Part shown: piece by piece, positions 55,300 through 64,000 of the stretch
How positions within the stretch are numbered: the first letter of the stretch is position 1
Layout of the letters: each line of letters begins with the position of its first letter
Assembly (NCBI GenBank): GCA_964645795.1
Contig: CAZYCL010000003.1
Span: 188,290 to 252,289, forward strand
Origin: an uncultured Planctomycetales bacterium
GTDB lineage: Bacteria > Omnitrophota > Gorgyraeia > Gygaellales > Profunditerraquicolaceae
DNA length: 64,000 nt
Direction of reading: 5' to 3'
Made by a program: the position numbers and the translations under genes
Notes under the pieces: generated by a model
The model's input: the letters and a program-made list of their open reading frames with translations, nothing else
Databases searched by the model: none
Told to the model about the DNA's origin: nothing

Positions 55300-56808
55300 T
55301 TAATACCTTAAGAATACGACTTTACTGAGATAACTTCTCTCTGTCCTATTAAAACCGAAAAAGACTATAAAAATTAAGAAAAAGATCAATTGAGTAAGAG
55401 CTAAACCTCCTAAAAGCAAATAGTTCGGCGCAACGAAACCTCTAAATATTAACCAGGAAAAATAAAAAATAAAAAAGCACTTTATAGCTATTGGCAATAA
55501 TATCTCTGTATAATATTTATTAACCTTTAACCCGATGAATTTACAGGTATAGATTGGCTGCACAAAAAGTTTGGTAATTACCATAGGGATAGCGGTCCCC
55601 ATGGCGACGCCGAATATTCCGAACTTTTTGACTAAAATCAAGCTCAATACTAAATTAGCAACTCCCTCCATAAGATTGCTTATCGCATAAAACCTATGTT
55701 TGGATATCCCCTGCAATAACTGTATGGAAGGAACCTGCATAGATGAAATAATGCTTGGGACTATTAAAACCAGTAATATATTGAACGCGTAGATATATCT
55801 ATCAGTTACCCACCTGGCAATGAATGCCTTTCCAAACATGATCAAACAACCACCAATAAAAATCGACATATAACAAGATATTTTGGTTAATAGAATGAAC
55901 TTCTCCCTAATGGCCCTATAATCTCCCTTGGCCTCATATTGGCTGAATAACGGCATGGTTATTCCTAATGAGGTATTAATTAAGCTAGCAAAATATTTTA
56001 CAAGCCGCGATGCAATCGAATATACCGTGATAGAGCTTACTCCTACGAAACCAGCAATCACGAAATTATCCAGGTCGAACTTAAACCTGTTGGCAAGCTC
56101 TGCTATAAAAATATAACTGCTATAAGAAAAGATCTCTTTGATCCTTTTCTTATCTACAAGCCTGATGCTCAAGCGCATATATGTGGCCAGTCTTTGTGCG
56201 AATAGATTTATTAGAAAATAATATCCGAGCGAAGTGCCTAAGCTGATAAACGCCAGGGACATAATCCCGTATCCTTTTTTTAAGAAAATAACGATTAGGG
56301 CCGTCCTAACGGCAACCCGGATGATCTCTATCAGGCTTTTTAAATCAAACCTAAGGTGCGCCGATAGCACGCCTGAAAAAGCACGATTAGGAAATCCTAT
56401 CGCAATTTCAAGCCCTAATAAAATTACAACTTTCTGTAAAAGCGCTATTTCATTTACATTCCTAATGAAAAAAGGAAGGAGAAATGAAATTAATAAAGCC
56501 AATAGAAATACGCTTATCCCTATGATAACGTATATCATCAATGAAGTATTGATGGCTATATTGGCTTCTTTGTAGTCTTTATTCCCGAGAGCTCTGGAAA
56601 CGTACCGCTGAGTAGCAGCATCCATGCCGAAATCAAACAGCTGGTAAAACCCATTAAAAGAACCTAACAAGATCCAGAAACCATACATCCTATCGCCCAA
56701 AGAATATATAATAAAAGGCATCAGCAAAAAAGAGGTAAATAAATTTACAAAGAAATTTACGCTCCTTAACCCCGAACCCTTGATTAATATTCTAGCCCTT
56801 GAGCTCAT
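55300..56808 (-). CDS. Polysaccharide flippase, Wzx/MOP superfamily
   Basis: 502 aa, ~14 TM helices. Confidence 0.7.
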   Translation of the reverse strand: MSSRARILIKGSGLRSVNFFVNLFTSFLLMPFIIYSLGDRMYGFWILLGSFNGFYQLFDFGMDAATQRYVSRALGNKDYKEANIAINTSLMIYVIIGISVFLLALLISFLLPFFIRNVNEIALLQKVVILLGLEIAIGFPNRAFSGVLSAHLRFDLKSLIEIIRVAVRTALIVIFLKKGYGIMSLAFISLGTSLGYYFLINLFAQRLATYMRLSIRLVDKKRIKEIFSYSSYIFIAELANRFKFDLDNFVIAGFVGVSSITVYSIASRLVKYFASLINTSLGITMPLFSQYEAKGDYRAIREKFILLTKISCYMSIFIGGCLIMFGKAFIARWVTDRYIYAFNILLVLIVPSIISSMQVPSIQLLQGISKHRFYAISNLMEGVANLVLSLILVKKFGIFGVAMGTAIPMVITKLFVQPIYTCKFIGLKVNKYYTEILLPIAIKCFFIFYFSWLIFRGFVAPNYLLLGGLALTQLIFFLIFIVFFGFNRTERSYLSKVVFLRY

Positions 56809-56816
56809 GGTAATAA

Positions 56817-57848
56817 TTAAATATACTTAAGGTGAGATTTATTTTTTGCCTGAGCGATGTCATTTTCATTTAAATCAAGCGTACTAAGAAAGATATTAAC
56901 TGCCTGGGCTAAATCCTGATGCTCTTCCTGATAGGCTCGGTTAATTGCTTCGTCCCTATTAATCTGTCCTGCCCGCACCATAGCTGCATATTTGGTGGTT
57001 TTCTCGCCAAAACCCCATTTCTGCACCACCAGATAATTCTTAACTGGAGCAAACAAGCAGTCAATATGGTCGCTTGAGCCGTCAACCCTCTTCTCCCAAC
57101 CAAGTTCATTGTAAATAGTATCCTTTATCTGTTTATCATTCCAGACAATATAATCCGGCAGTGATATCTGCCGGCGATAGCGAGTGAAACGGCCGTGTTT
57201 GAGGCGGCGGATAATCTTCTGTAAAGCGGTCTGCTCAAGAAAATCCGCCATCTCTTTCTTTCTGATAACTCCGGTAGCTACAGCCTGGAATAGTTTATTA
57301 CTGAAGGAATATATCTTCTTCCCCCTTGATTCAATCTGGGAAGAAAACCCTGAGACGATCAACGGAACGTCATATAGTTCCGCAACGCGGTGCACCGTTG
57401 CCCATATCCCCATATCGCAAGGAAAACAGAATTGCCCTGTCTTAAGCAGAAATTCTCGATAAAGCTTACGCATTGTCTCCCGCCCTGGGCCGTAACAAAC
57501 ATAGGCACAATCGGTCTTTCTGATGATATTTTCCATGTTAAGCAGCGCCTCGGGAGTACGCAAGCCGTTATTGAAATTAACCGCCAATACCTTCAGTCCG
57601 AATTTCCTACGGCATAGATAGAGGGTATACGAACTATCCTTGCCGCCGCTAAAAGGTACAACACAGTCGTAACGCTTATTTTGTGCCTTGGCCCAGGCGA
57701 ATATCTCTTCCAGCTCTTTTCCTAGTTTATTCAGATCGCGACTTCCATAGGTATTGCCATATTCATGGCACTTATGGCAAATACCTTTTTCGTCAAATCT
57801 GATATCCGGATACGCAGCCGGAAGAATACAACGAGCACAGCGCTCCAT
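56817..57848 (-). CDS. N-acetyl sugar amidotransferase (PP-loop ATP pyrophosphatase family, WbuX/LPS-biosynthesis type)
   Basis: N-terminal CARCILP...CHKCHEY zinc ribbon; PP-loop VPFSGGKDSSYTL. Confidence 0.65.
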   Translation of the reverse strand: MERCARCILPAAYPDIRFDEKGICHKCHEYGNTYGSRDLNKLGKELEEIFAWAKAQNKRYDCVVPFSGGKDSSYTLYLCRRKFGLKVLAVNFNNGLRTPEALLNMENIIRKTDCAYVCYGPGRETMRKLYREFLLKTGQFCFPCDMGIWATVHRVAELYDVPLIVSGFSSQIESRGKKIYSFSNKLFQAVATGVIRKKEMADFLEQTALQKIIRRLKHGRFTRYRRQISLPDYIVWNDKQIKDTIYNELGWEKRVDGSSDHIDCLFAPVKNYLVVQKWGFGEKTTKYAAMVRAGQINRDEAINRAYQEEHQDLAQAVNIFLSTLDLNENDIAQAKNKSHLKYI

Positions 57849-57861
57849 AATTTTTATATTC

Positions 57862-58512
57862 CTATTTTGCTGCCTTAAGCAGTAACTTCCTCTGCTCCAT
57901 TAATCCCTTAATAATAAATATTACGCCTAATATTTCGCATGCTTCCTCAATAATGTATTCAGAAGCCCACAACCATCGAGGTTCGCTGTGGGGCATAAAG
58001 TTGATCGTTGCCTCTAAAACGAATGCACCGGATAGATAAAGCAATGCCCCGGTCAATAACATATCTCTGACCTTTTTCGAAAATTTTAAATATTTTTTTA
58101 ACTTAAATGTAAAAATGATTATCGTAAATAATACTATTGGGCCTGATACAATTACCCAGGCAGAATTGACGCTTCCGGGTCTAAAGGCATATTTTCTCAG
58201 CAATAAACCTATGCTTTCATGTATCATGGCTGTTTCATCAAGTGACATAAATATTAAGCAGACAGCTAAGAACTGCCACATCCGCTTGCCATTTTGATAA
58301 GTCTTGCTGGCTACAGAGCAACTATAAGCAAAATATGAAGCTATCGCCAGCAGCATACTGGAAAACCAGGTGGAAAAATTACTTTCCAGCCTGAAACTGA
58401 ATAACCTATCGAAATTCCAACAATATTTGGCCGTAAACAAATTAATTATATTGGCCAAAAGAAGCATTGCTGCTATAACAAATAGCGATCTTATAAGCTT
58501 GCTTTCGTTCAT
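57862..58512 (-). CDS. Hypothetical polytopic membrane protein
   Basis: 216 aa with ~6 hydrophobic helices. Confidence 0.4.
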   Translation of the reverse strand: MNESKLIRSLFVIAAMLLLANIINLFTAKYCWNFDRLFSFRLESNFSTWFSSMLLAIASYFAYSCSVASKTYQNGKRMWQFLAVCLIFMSLDETAMIHESIGLLLRKYAFRPGSVNSAWVIVSGPIVLFTIIIFTFKLKKYLKFSKKVRDMLLTGALLYLSGAFVLEATINFMPHSEPRWLWASEYIIEEACEILGVIFIIKGLMEQRKLLLKAAK

Positions 58513-58516
58513 TTTC

Positions 58517-59695
58517 TTAACCCTTATTTATGCTCTTAAAGTATTCTACAGTTCTCTTCAACCCTTCTTCAAACCCTACCGGGTCTTTATATCCGAGCAT
58601 GGATTTGATCTTGGAAATGTCGGCGCAGGTGCGGAAGACGTCGCCCGGGCGGACAGGTAAGAATTTAGGCTTGATGCTCTGACCGATGATCTTGTTCAGG
58701 TAATCAACAAGCTGTAGGACAGTATTATCCTGGCCGTTGGCGACGTTGAAGACTTCATGGGCGGCAGGGATACTTCCGCTTGTTGTATCGGAAAAGCTTG
58801 GGACAGTCCCCTTTTGGTTGCTCTGTGATAGCCCTGACGGGGACAGTCCCTGCTTTTCCGCCTCGGAGGACAGTCCCTGTTTGGCCGCAAGTCCCTGCTT
58901 TTCCGCCTTCGGGGACAGTCCCCGATGTAGAGGCTGGGTCATGGCAAGGACATTTGCTTGGACGACGTTGTCAATATAGGTGAAGTCGCGGGATTGTTTA
59001 CCGGTGCCAAAGATCGGCGGCTGTTCGTCATGCAGGATACAGTGGATGAACTTGGGGATGACTACGGCATACTCGTCATCCAGCGCCTGTCGCGGGCCAA
59101 AGACGTTAAAGTAACGCAGGCCTACTGTCTCTAAACCCCAGGCGCTTGAGAAAATACGGCAGTAATACTCATTGGCAAGCTTGCTTAAGGCGTAAGGCGA
59201 GATAAGGAGCGGAAAGGCGTCCTCTCTCTCAGGAAACTTATCCGTGTCGCCGTAGACAGAACTGGAGGATGCGAATACGAAGCGCTTGACCTTGTTTTTA
59301 AGAGCTGACTGCAGGAGGTTAAGCGTGCCGCCGATGTTGACGTCATTATAGCTTTCGGGGTCTTTCATGGATTTTGGAACGCTGCGCAGGGCTGCCTGGT
59401 GGCTGATGTAGTCGATGCCTTCGCAGGCTTTGTCGCAGGTGGCTTTGTCACGGATGTCGCCTTCGAATACTTCCAAATCGGGGACAGAACTAGGCACCCC
59501 GCCGTATCGGATCGGCGGGTGCCCCACCTCCTGTGGGGACAGTCCCTGCTTGACTGCCTGTTTGGCCGCCTCGACATTCTCGCGTTTGCCGCTTGAGAAA
59601 TTATCAAGAACTCGGACGAAGTGGCCGTCTTTGAGTAATCGCTCAACGATATGCGAACCTATAAAACCGGCGCCGCCTGTTACTAAAAATCTCAT
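58517..59695 (-). CDS. NAD-dependent nucleotide-sugar epimerase/dehydratase carrying two in-frame low-complexity insertions derived from GGGGACAGTCCC repeats
   Basis: Rossmann GGAGFIGSH, catalytic YxxxK (YALSKLANE); insertions KQAVKQGLSPQEVGHPPIRYGGVPSSVPD and RGLSPKAEKQGLAAKQGLSSEAEKQGLSPSGLSQSNQKGTVPSFSDTT coincide with DNA repeats at 59479-59569 and 58799-58922. Confidence 0.75.
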   Translation of the reverse strand: MRFLVTGGAGFIGSHIVERLLKDGHFVRVLDNFSSGKRENVEAAKQAVKQGLSPQEVGHPPIRYGGVPSSVPDLEVFEGDIRDKATCDKACEGIDYISHQAALRSVPKSMKDPESYNDVNIGGTLNLLQSALKNKVKRFVFASSSSVYGDTDKFPEREDAFPLLISPYALSKLANEYYCRIFSSAWGLETVGLRYFNVFGPRQALDDEYAVVIPKFIHCILHDEQPPIFGTGKQSRDFTYIDNVVQANVLAMTQPLHRGLSPKAEKQGLAAKQGLSSEAEKQGLSPSGLSQSNQKGTVPSFSDTTSGSIPAAHEVFNVANGQDNTVLQLVDYLNKIIGQSIKPKFLPVRPGDVFRTCADISKIKSMLGYKDPVGFEEGLKRTVEYFKSINKG

Positions 59696-59738
59696 CTTAA
59701 TCCTCCTAATGGTTGTTATGTCGGAAATCAGATTTGCT

Positions 59739-59776
59739 GCGGGTTACGTGTTACGGATTACGTATTACGGATTACG
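59739..59776. repeat. GTTACG-heptamer repeat between the BY-kinase and epimerase genes (same family as 4594-4630 and 5232-5304)
   Basis: gcgggttacgtgttacggattacgtattacggattacg followed by T6. Confidence 0.35.
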
Positions 59777-59784
59777 TTTTTTCA

Positions 59785-60573
59785 TTACAGATACCGGTAG
59801 ATGTAAGCCGGAATGTGATACTGAATGCTGGTCAGAACGCAGCCGAGGAGCTTGACCTGGGACTGCTTTAAGAGGCTTTGGGCGTGCTTTACGATGCCTT
59901 TTTGGGTGCGGCCTGCCTGCACTACCATCATCACCCCGTCCAGGTGGGTGCCCAGAAGGCTGGGGTCAGTGACCGCGATAATCGGCGGGACATCCACGAC
60001 AATATAATCATACCTGCTCTTAAGGTTGGTGAGCAGACCCGAGACTTTCGCGGATGAAAAAAGCTCGGCCGCGTTATGCACGCTTTTGCCGGCAGGAAGC
60101 ACGGTCAGGTTCTCTATCCCGATATTTAGGAGAGCGTCATCTACGGCGGCGTTATCGCCGATTACTTCAGCCAGGCCTGTTTCGGCAGTAACCCCCAAGT
60201 ACTTACTGATACGCGGACGGCGCAGGTCAGCGTCAACCAACAGGATGCTTTTCTTGTTAAGGTCCTTGGCCATGGTAATAGCCAGGTTTACGGAGGTAAC
60301 GGTCTTGCCTTCTCCGTGGATGGCGCTGGTAATGGCAAAGGCCCTTACCGGCTTCTGGGGATTGAGGCTCTGGATATGCGTGCGAAGCGTGCGGTATTGT
60401 TCCGTGACCGGAGAATGAGAATCATAGAAAGTCACTATCCGCGGGTCGATCTTGGAGTCAACCGTCTTTTTGGCTATGAACTGGTATTTGACCTGGTTCT
60501 GGCCGTCAAGCTTCTCTATGTGCGAGAGGCGCTCTTGTGCCGCCTTCTTGAGTGCGTCGGTAATCTTACCCAT
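59785..60573 (-). CDS. BY-kinase (CpsD/CapB-family tyrosine autokinase, P-loop ATPase domain only) with C-terminal Tyr cluster
   Basis: Walker A-like AITSAIHGEGKT, Walker A' LLVDADLRRP, Walker B YDYIVVDVPP; C-terminal YHIPAYIYRY; RBS aaggag. Confidence 0.7.
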   Translation of the reverse strand: MGKITDALKKAAQERLSHIEKLDGQNQVKYQFIAKKTVDSKIDPRIVTFYDSHSPVTEQYRTLRTHIQSLNPQKPVRAFAITSAIHGEGKTVTSVNLAITMAKDLNKKSILLVDADLRRPRISKYLGVTAETGLAEVIGDNAAVDDALLNIGIENLTVLPAGKSVHNAAELFSSAKVSGLLTNLKSRYDYIVVDVPPIIAVTDPSLLGTHLDGVMMVVQAGRTQKGIVKHAQSLLKQSQVKLLGCVLTSIQYHIPAYIYRYL

Positions 60574-60611
60574 TAGTTCTCCTTCGTAAGTAAGTGTGTG
60601 GTTTAACGATT

Positions 60612-60641
60612 GGTCACCAGGCCACCTGTCACCAGGTCACC
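60612..60641. promoter_or_regulatory. GGTGAC-CTG-GTGAC direct-repeat motif pair in the BY-kinase upstream region (same motif as upstream of dinB and of the HTH gene)
   Basis: Minus-strand reading GGTGACCTGGTGACAGGTGGCCTGGTGACCAATCG, 30 bp upstream of the RBS. Confidence 0.35.
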
Positions 60642-60659
60642 GGTACAAATCTCTATTTT

Positions 60660-60689
60660 GGGGACGGTTCTCTTAAGAGAACCGTCCCC
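60660..60689. repeat. REP-like palindrome GGGGACGGTTCTCTTAAGAGAACCGTCCCC
   Basis: Perfect 13-bp arms; between the ATPase stop and the BY-kinase upstream region. Confidence 0.5.
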
Positions 60690-60702
60690 AAAACTCCTAT
60701 CG

Positions 60703-61557
60703 TTATAGCTGTTTGCTCAATACGTCGAGCCCTTCTTCTTTTAATTCTGTAAAACGTTCCAAAGAGCGCTCTTTGATGACTTCGTCTATGATCTTTGCGT
60801 CAATGACCTTTGTATCCAGGACATAAGCCGACAAAAGCGCCGAGTCGCAGGTAAGATTGACCAGGCGCGGCGTGCCTTTGGAGTAAACGTATATCGCCTC
60901 TATCGCATCGGGAGTGAATATCTCCTGCTGGCTGCCGGCAAGCTTCAGGCGGTGTTTTATGTATTCGGTTGTCTCGGCGCGTGTAAGGCTGTAGAGGTGG
61001 TAGTAAACGGCGATGCGCTGCTTGAACTGTTCTAATTTTATGTTGGAAAGCTTTGCCTTTAACTGCGGCTGGCCCAGCAGTATTATCTGAATAAGCTTCT
61101 CCTTTTCAGTCTCAAGGTTTGAAAGCATGCGCACCTCTTCAAGCACCTTGGAGCTTAAGTTTTGCGCCTCATCGATTATAAGCACGACATTGATGTCGGC
61201 GGCCAGCTGCTGGATAAGGAACTGATTGAGCTGTGAGAGCAGCTTCTGCTTGGTGCCCGGCTTGTAATCCACCTCCAGCTCTTCAAGCATCTCGGTAATA
61301 AGCTCGCGTGCCGTCAGATGCGTGTTGGTAATCAGCGCGATCTTTGTCCCGGCCTCCATCTGGTTGAGCAGCGTGCGGCAGACCGTGGTCTTTCCGGAGC
61401 CGATCTCGCCGGTTATGACCACAAACCCCTTCCTCTCATCTATGGCATAGCGCAGGCTGTTTAAGGCCTCCACGTGCTTGGGGCTGGGGAAGAAAAACTT
61501 AGAATCAGGTGTAGTGTTAAAGGGTTTTTCGCTAAAACCAAAGAACTGCTCGTACAT
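60703..61557 (-). CDS. AAA-type ATPase (ExeA-like, PEP-CTERM-locus putative secretion ATPase)
   Basis: Walker A GEIGSGKTT, Walker B VVLIIDEAQNL. Confidence 0.7.
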   Translation of the reverse strand: MYEQFFGFSEKPFNTTPDSKFFFPSPKHVEALNSLRYAIDERKGFVVITGEIGSGKTTVCRTLLNQMEAGTKIALITNTHLTARELITEMLEELEVDYKPGTKQKLLSQLNQFLIQQLAADINVVLIIDEAQNLSSKVLEEVRMLSNLETEKEKLIQIILLGQPQLKAKLSNIKLEQFKQRIAVYYHLYSLTRAETTEYIKHRLKLAGSQQEIFTPDAIEAIYVYSKGTPRLVNLTCDSALLSAYVLDTKVIDAKIIDEVIKERSLERFTELKEEGLDVLSKQL

Positions 61558-61561
61558 AAAA

Positions 61562-62875
61562 TTACCTCATCAATAGGTATATAAGCAATGAAACGACGAT
61601 AAGCGCCGCACCCACAATTCCGGCAAGCTTAACCTTAACTTTGATCTTTGCCCTTTCCTTCTCCATCTCTTCCTGAGTGGTTATCTTGGAAATGGCGCCT
61701 AAAACCGTCATATCAAGGCTGCGCTTGGCATCTTCGATATCAAGCACGGACTGATCGGTGAATTCGCGTAAAAATATCATGCCCACGCCCGAGCCAAGCC
61801 CAAGGAATATCCCTGCCAGCATCACTACTGCCTTATTCGGTTTAATGGGCCTAAGAGGCAATCTCGGCGGGTCAATTATGGTATAGCGGGTGCCGGCGCG
61901 CGAAGCCTCAAGGCGCTGGGTGATCTTGGCGGTCTCGAGCTTCTGCAGGAGCATGGAGTAGATCTTCTCGTTTACGTCAACATCCCTGGCCATAGTGGAG
62001 CTTAACCTATCCATCAGCATTACCTTATAGAGGGCATCGTTAGCCTGCTGTTCGGTATAGGGGACCTTGGAAGTCGTGGCCTGCTGGCTGACTTCGTTAT
62101 TGATAAGCTTGTCCAGCTCATCCTGCATTGCCTGGCGCGTGGCGTCATTGATAGCTACATCCCCGACCTTTATCTCGAACTCACCCGAATTAAGCTGCTC
62201 TTCGGCGAGTTTTATCCTATAGCGCAGCTCCTTTACTATAGGGTGAGCCTCGGTAGAATCCAATAGCAGGTTCTTTAACTCATCCTGAAGCTTGGATACC
62301 TCGGCTTCCTTGATCTTGCGTTTATAGATCGCCAGCTGTTCGGTGATGAACTTTATGGCGATATCGGTCTCTTTGGTCTGGGTCTGGACGTTCTTCTGCA
62401 CCAGGATCTCCATCAGGTTTTTAGCCACAAGCTGCGTCTCAGCCGGGCTCTTTTGGCCGCGGTAGGCGATCCTTATGATGTTGCCGGAGCGCATCTGAAC
62501 CAGGATGTTCCTTCTTAGGTTTAATATCAGGGCTTCATAGCCTGCCTGGTCGCGGATGTCTTTGGCAAGATTCAGCCTCTCTGTCAACTCAACCAGGCTA
62601 TTCCAGCCAAGGATCGTCTCGCGGATGCTCTCCATCCTCTGGCCGGCAGAAGTGGAAACCGCCAGGTTCTGGATAAGAGGATTGATTATCTTCTCCTCCT
62701 CTACCAGTATTATGGCTGAGGACTCCCAGGTGCGGGGCAGGATAAAACAGGCGGCTATGCCCAGGATCAACCCCGCGTAGGTCGGCCAGACCAGAAACCA
62801 TTTGCGGCGGAAGAAGAGCTTGAGGTAGTCAACAGGGCTCTGGTACTTGGATGTCTGTTCTTGTTCGAATTCCAT
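61562..62875 (-). CDS. Polysaccharide chain-length determinant protein (Wzz/PCP family, PEP-CTERM-locus type)
   Basis: 437 aa; N-terminal TM, long coiled-coil periplasmic region, C-terminal TM helix LAGIVGAALIVVSLLIYLL. Confidence 0.65.
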   Translation of the reverse strand: MEFEQEQTSKYQSPVDYLKLFFRRKWFLVWPTYAGLILGIAACFILPRTWESSAIILVEEEKIINPLIQNLAVSTSAGQRMESIRETILGWNSLVELTERLNLAKDIRDQAGYEALILNLRRNILVQMRSGNIIRIAYRGQKSPAETQLVAKNLMEILVQKNVQTQTKETDIAIKFITEQLAIYKRKIKEAEVSKLQDELKNLLLDSTEAHPIVKELRYRIKLAEEQLNSGEFEIKVGDVAINDATRQAMQDELDKLINNEVSQQATTSKVPYTEQQANDALYKVMLMDRLSSTMARDVDVNEKIYSMLLQKLETAKITQRLEASRAGTRYTIIDPPRLPLRPIKPNKAVVMLAGIFLGLGSGVGMIFLREFTDQSVLDIEDAKRSLDMTVLGAISKITTQEEMEKERAKIKVKVKLAGIVGAALIVVSLLIYLLMR

Positions 62876-62916
62876 TAAGCTTCTCTCTTTCAGGTTAAAG
62901 CTAACCTTTTGATAAA

Positions 62917-63750
62917 TTAGTAGTTGATGTTGGTCTTTCCTTCAAGCTTTTCCACGGCGCCTTTTCCGGTAGCCGCGCTTTCCGGCACTGAAGAGCTCAC
63001 GCCCAGGACCGTCGCGATGGGGCTTATCTCGCGGATAGCCTTGGCGATCAGGGTGGCCGGCACGTAAAGGATATCTCCGGATTTGATTGTCACGTCTTTA
63101 CGCAAGTCCCCGTAATAGAGCAGGGAAAACAGGTCGACTTTGCGGACTTTGGACTTGCCTTTCTCCGAAGGAGTGATTATGCGGCAGCGGCGCATCGCGG
63201 CGTTCTGCGTAGGCAGGCCTGCCATATGTATCGCCTCTCTTAAGGATATCTCTTCCGAGCGCATGGTAAACCGGCCGGGCGCAGCGACTTCTCCGATTAC
63301 GTAGAAAACCTTGCTGCCAAACTGGACTATCGTAATGTTTACCTCGGGGCTTACTACAAACTGCGACAGGGCATCGCTGAGCTTTTTCTCAAGCTCTTTC
63401 TTGCTTAAGCCCTTTACGTTCAAATCACCGACGTACTTATACTGAAGCTTGCCTTCCTGATCAATGGGGTATTTACCGCTGAACTCCGGATGACGCATTA
63501 CTTCTATTTCGACTACATCGTTGGGGCCCAGGGTGTAATTTACGGGGTCAAATTGAACATCGGAAGCCTGGCCCTCTTCTGTCGTTTTGCCCGCAGGCTG
63601 CATATACTGGCCAGTGCTTACCTCAAAGCTTGTGTTCCTGTCCCTGCCGCGGTTAATGATAACGTCTTCGGCAAAAACCACGCTTACGACGTTAAGCAAG
63701 AATGCGGCGAAGAGAAAATAAGTAAATCTTTTCATGATGCCCTCCTTCAT
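62917..63750 (-). CDS. Polysaccharide export outer-membrane protein (Wza-like, PES/SLBB domains)
   Basis: Signal peptide; YTLGPNDVVEIEV polysaccharide-export motif; SLBB-like IKSGDILYVP. Confidence 0.75.
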   Translation of the reverse strand: MKEGIMKRFTYFLFAAFLLNVVSVVFAEDVIINRGRDRNTSFEVSTGQYMQPAGKTTEEGQASDVQFDPVNYTLGPNDVVEIEVMRHPEFSGKYPIDQEGKLQYKYVGDLNVKGLSKKELEKKLSDALSQFVVSPEVNITIVQFGSKVFYVIGEVAAPGRFTMRSEEISLREAIHMAGLPTQNAAMRRCRIITPSEKGKSKVRKVDLFSLLYYGDLRKDVTIKSGDILYVPATLIAKAIREISPIATVLGVSSSVPESAATGKGAVEKLEGKTNINY

Positions 63751-63935
63751 AGCACTACTACCGTCTCTTTAAAATCCTTCAATCTCCTGTAATCGTCCTT
63801 TTCATAGATACGCCAACCGCGCCAGTCGCGCTTGGCCTTACCTACCTTCCCCGACTTTTCCCAGCGGATAATCGTCTTGGTGGTAACACCAAGCCTCTCC
63901 GCCACATCCGTAATCGTCATTCTACCGTTGCTCAC
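63747..63935 (-). CDS. Small excisionase/MerR-type HTH DNA-binding protein, first gene of the EPS export operon (likely GTG start 63935 after RBS aggagg; the ORF-track TTG 63980 lies in the motif)
   Basis: MTITDVAERLGVTTKTIIRWEKSGKV HTH; 4-bp overlap (ATGA) with the wza-like gene. Confidence 0.45.
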   Translation of the reverse strand: MSNGRMTITDVAERLGVTTKTIIRWEKSGKVGKAKRDWRGWRIYEKDDYRRLKDFKETVVVL

Positions 63936-63971
63936 TTTGCAACCCTCCTGTTTATTGAACTGCTCTAAATT

Positions 63972-63986
63972 GGTCACCAAGTCACC
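63972..63986. promoter_or_regulatory. GGTGAC-TTG-GTGACC motif copy upstream of the HTH/EPS-export operon
   Basis: Minus-strand reading GGTGACTTGGTGACCAATT, identical to the dinB-proximal repeat unit. Confidence 0.35.
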
Positions 63987-64000
63987 TTAGAATTAAAATT

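Overview
This 64-kb window from a Gram-negative, probably anaerobic bacterium contains no rRNA, tRNA or CRISPR array. It splits into four blocks. (1) 1-7100: a housekeeping segment with the phosphate transporter operon pstS(C-terminal fragment)-pstC-pstA-pstB, an arsC-like low-molecular-weight phosphatase inserted before phoU, a rubrerythrin gene with a clean sigma-70 promoter and terminator, and a lexA - Y-family polymerase (dinB) SOS cassette. The cassette is surrounded by unusual repeats (GTTACG heptamers and tandem GGTGAC-YTG-GTGACC motifs). (2) 7108-18116: an ~11-kb integrated mobile element bounded by 21-bp direct repeats that sit inside 28-bp dif-like 11-6-11 sites. It carries a lambda-O-like initiator gene with five internal palindromic iterons (an origin inside its own initiator gene), a FtsK/HerA-type P-loop ATPase, a strongly expressed 283-aa beta-rich candidate capsid gene, a run of small single-pass membrane proteins with basic C-terminal tails, a discoidin-like protein, an AT-rich cargo gene and a leaderless Xis-like HTH gene. 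It has no integrase, terminase, portal or tail genes. I interpret it as a tailless membrane-containing (PM2/corticovirus- or FLiP-like, double-jelly-roll lineage) prophage that may use the host Xer recombinase (IMEX-like); an inovirus-like element is the main alternative. (3) 18168-33860: rpoN convergent with a PrsT/PrsK/PrsR-like module (TPR lipoprotein, GAF histidine kinase, sigma-54-dependent NtrC regulator, PocR-GAF sensor). Next come a 915-aa N-acyltransferase + acyl-CoA ligase + ACP fusion, a LolA-like/FtsX/ABC/outer-membrane cassette and a CapK-like adenylating enzyme. (4) 33977-63980: a ~30-kb supercluster entirely on the minus strand for PEP-CTERM/exosortase exopolysaccharide production. 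It has eight tandem PEP-CTERM proteins, a priming sugar transferase behind a strong sigma-54 promoter, EpsI, exosortase, many glycosyltransferases, a deacetylase, an acetyltransferase, a pyruvyl transferase, Wzy/Wzx-like proteins, an amidotransferase, an epimerase carrying in-frame repeat insertions, a BY-kinase, an ATPase, a chain-length determinant, a Wza-like exporter and a small HTH protein. A GGGGACGGTTC...GAACCGTCCCC REP-like hairpin family occurs five times in the window.
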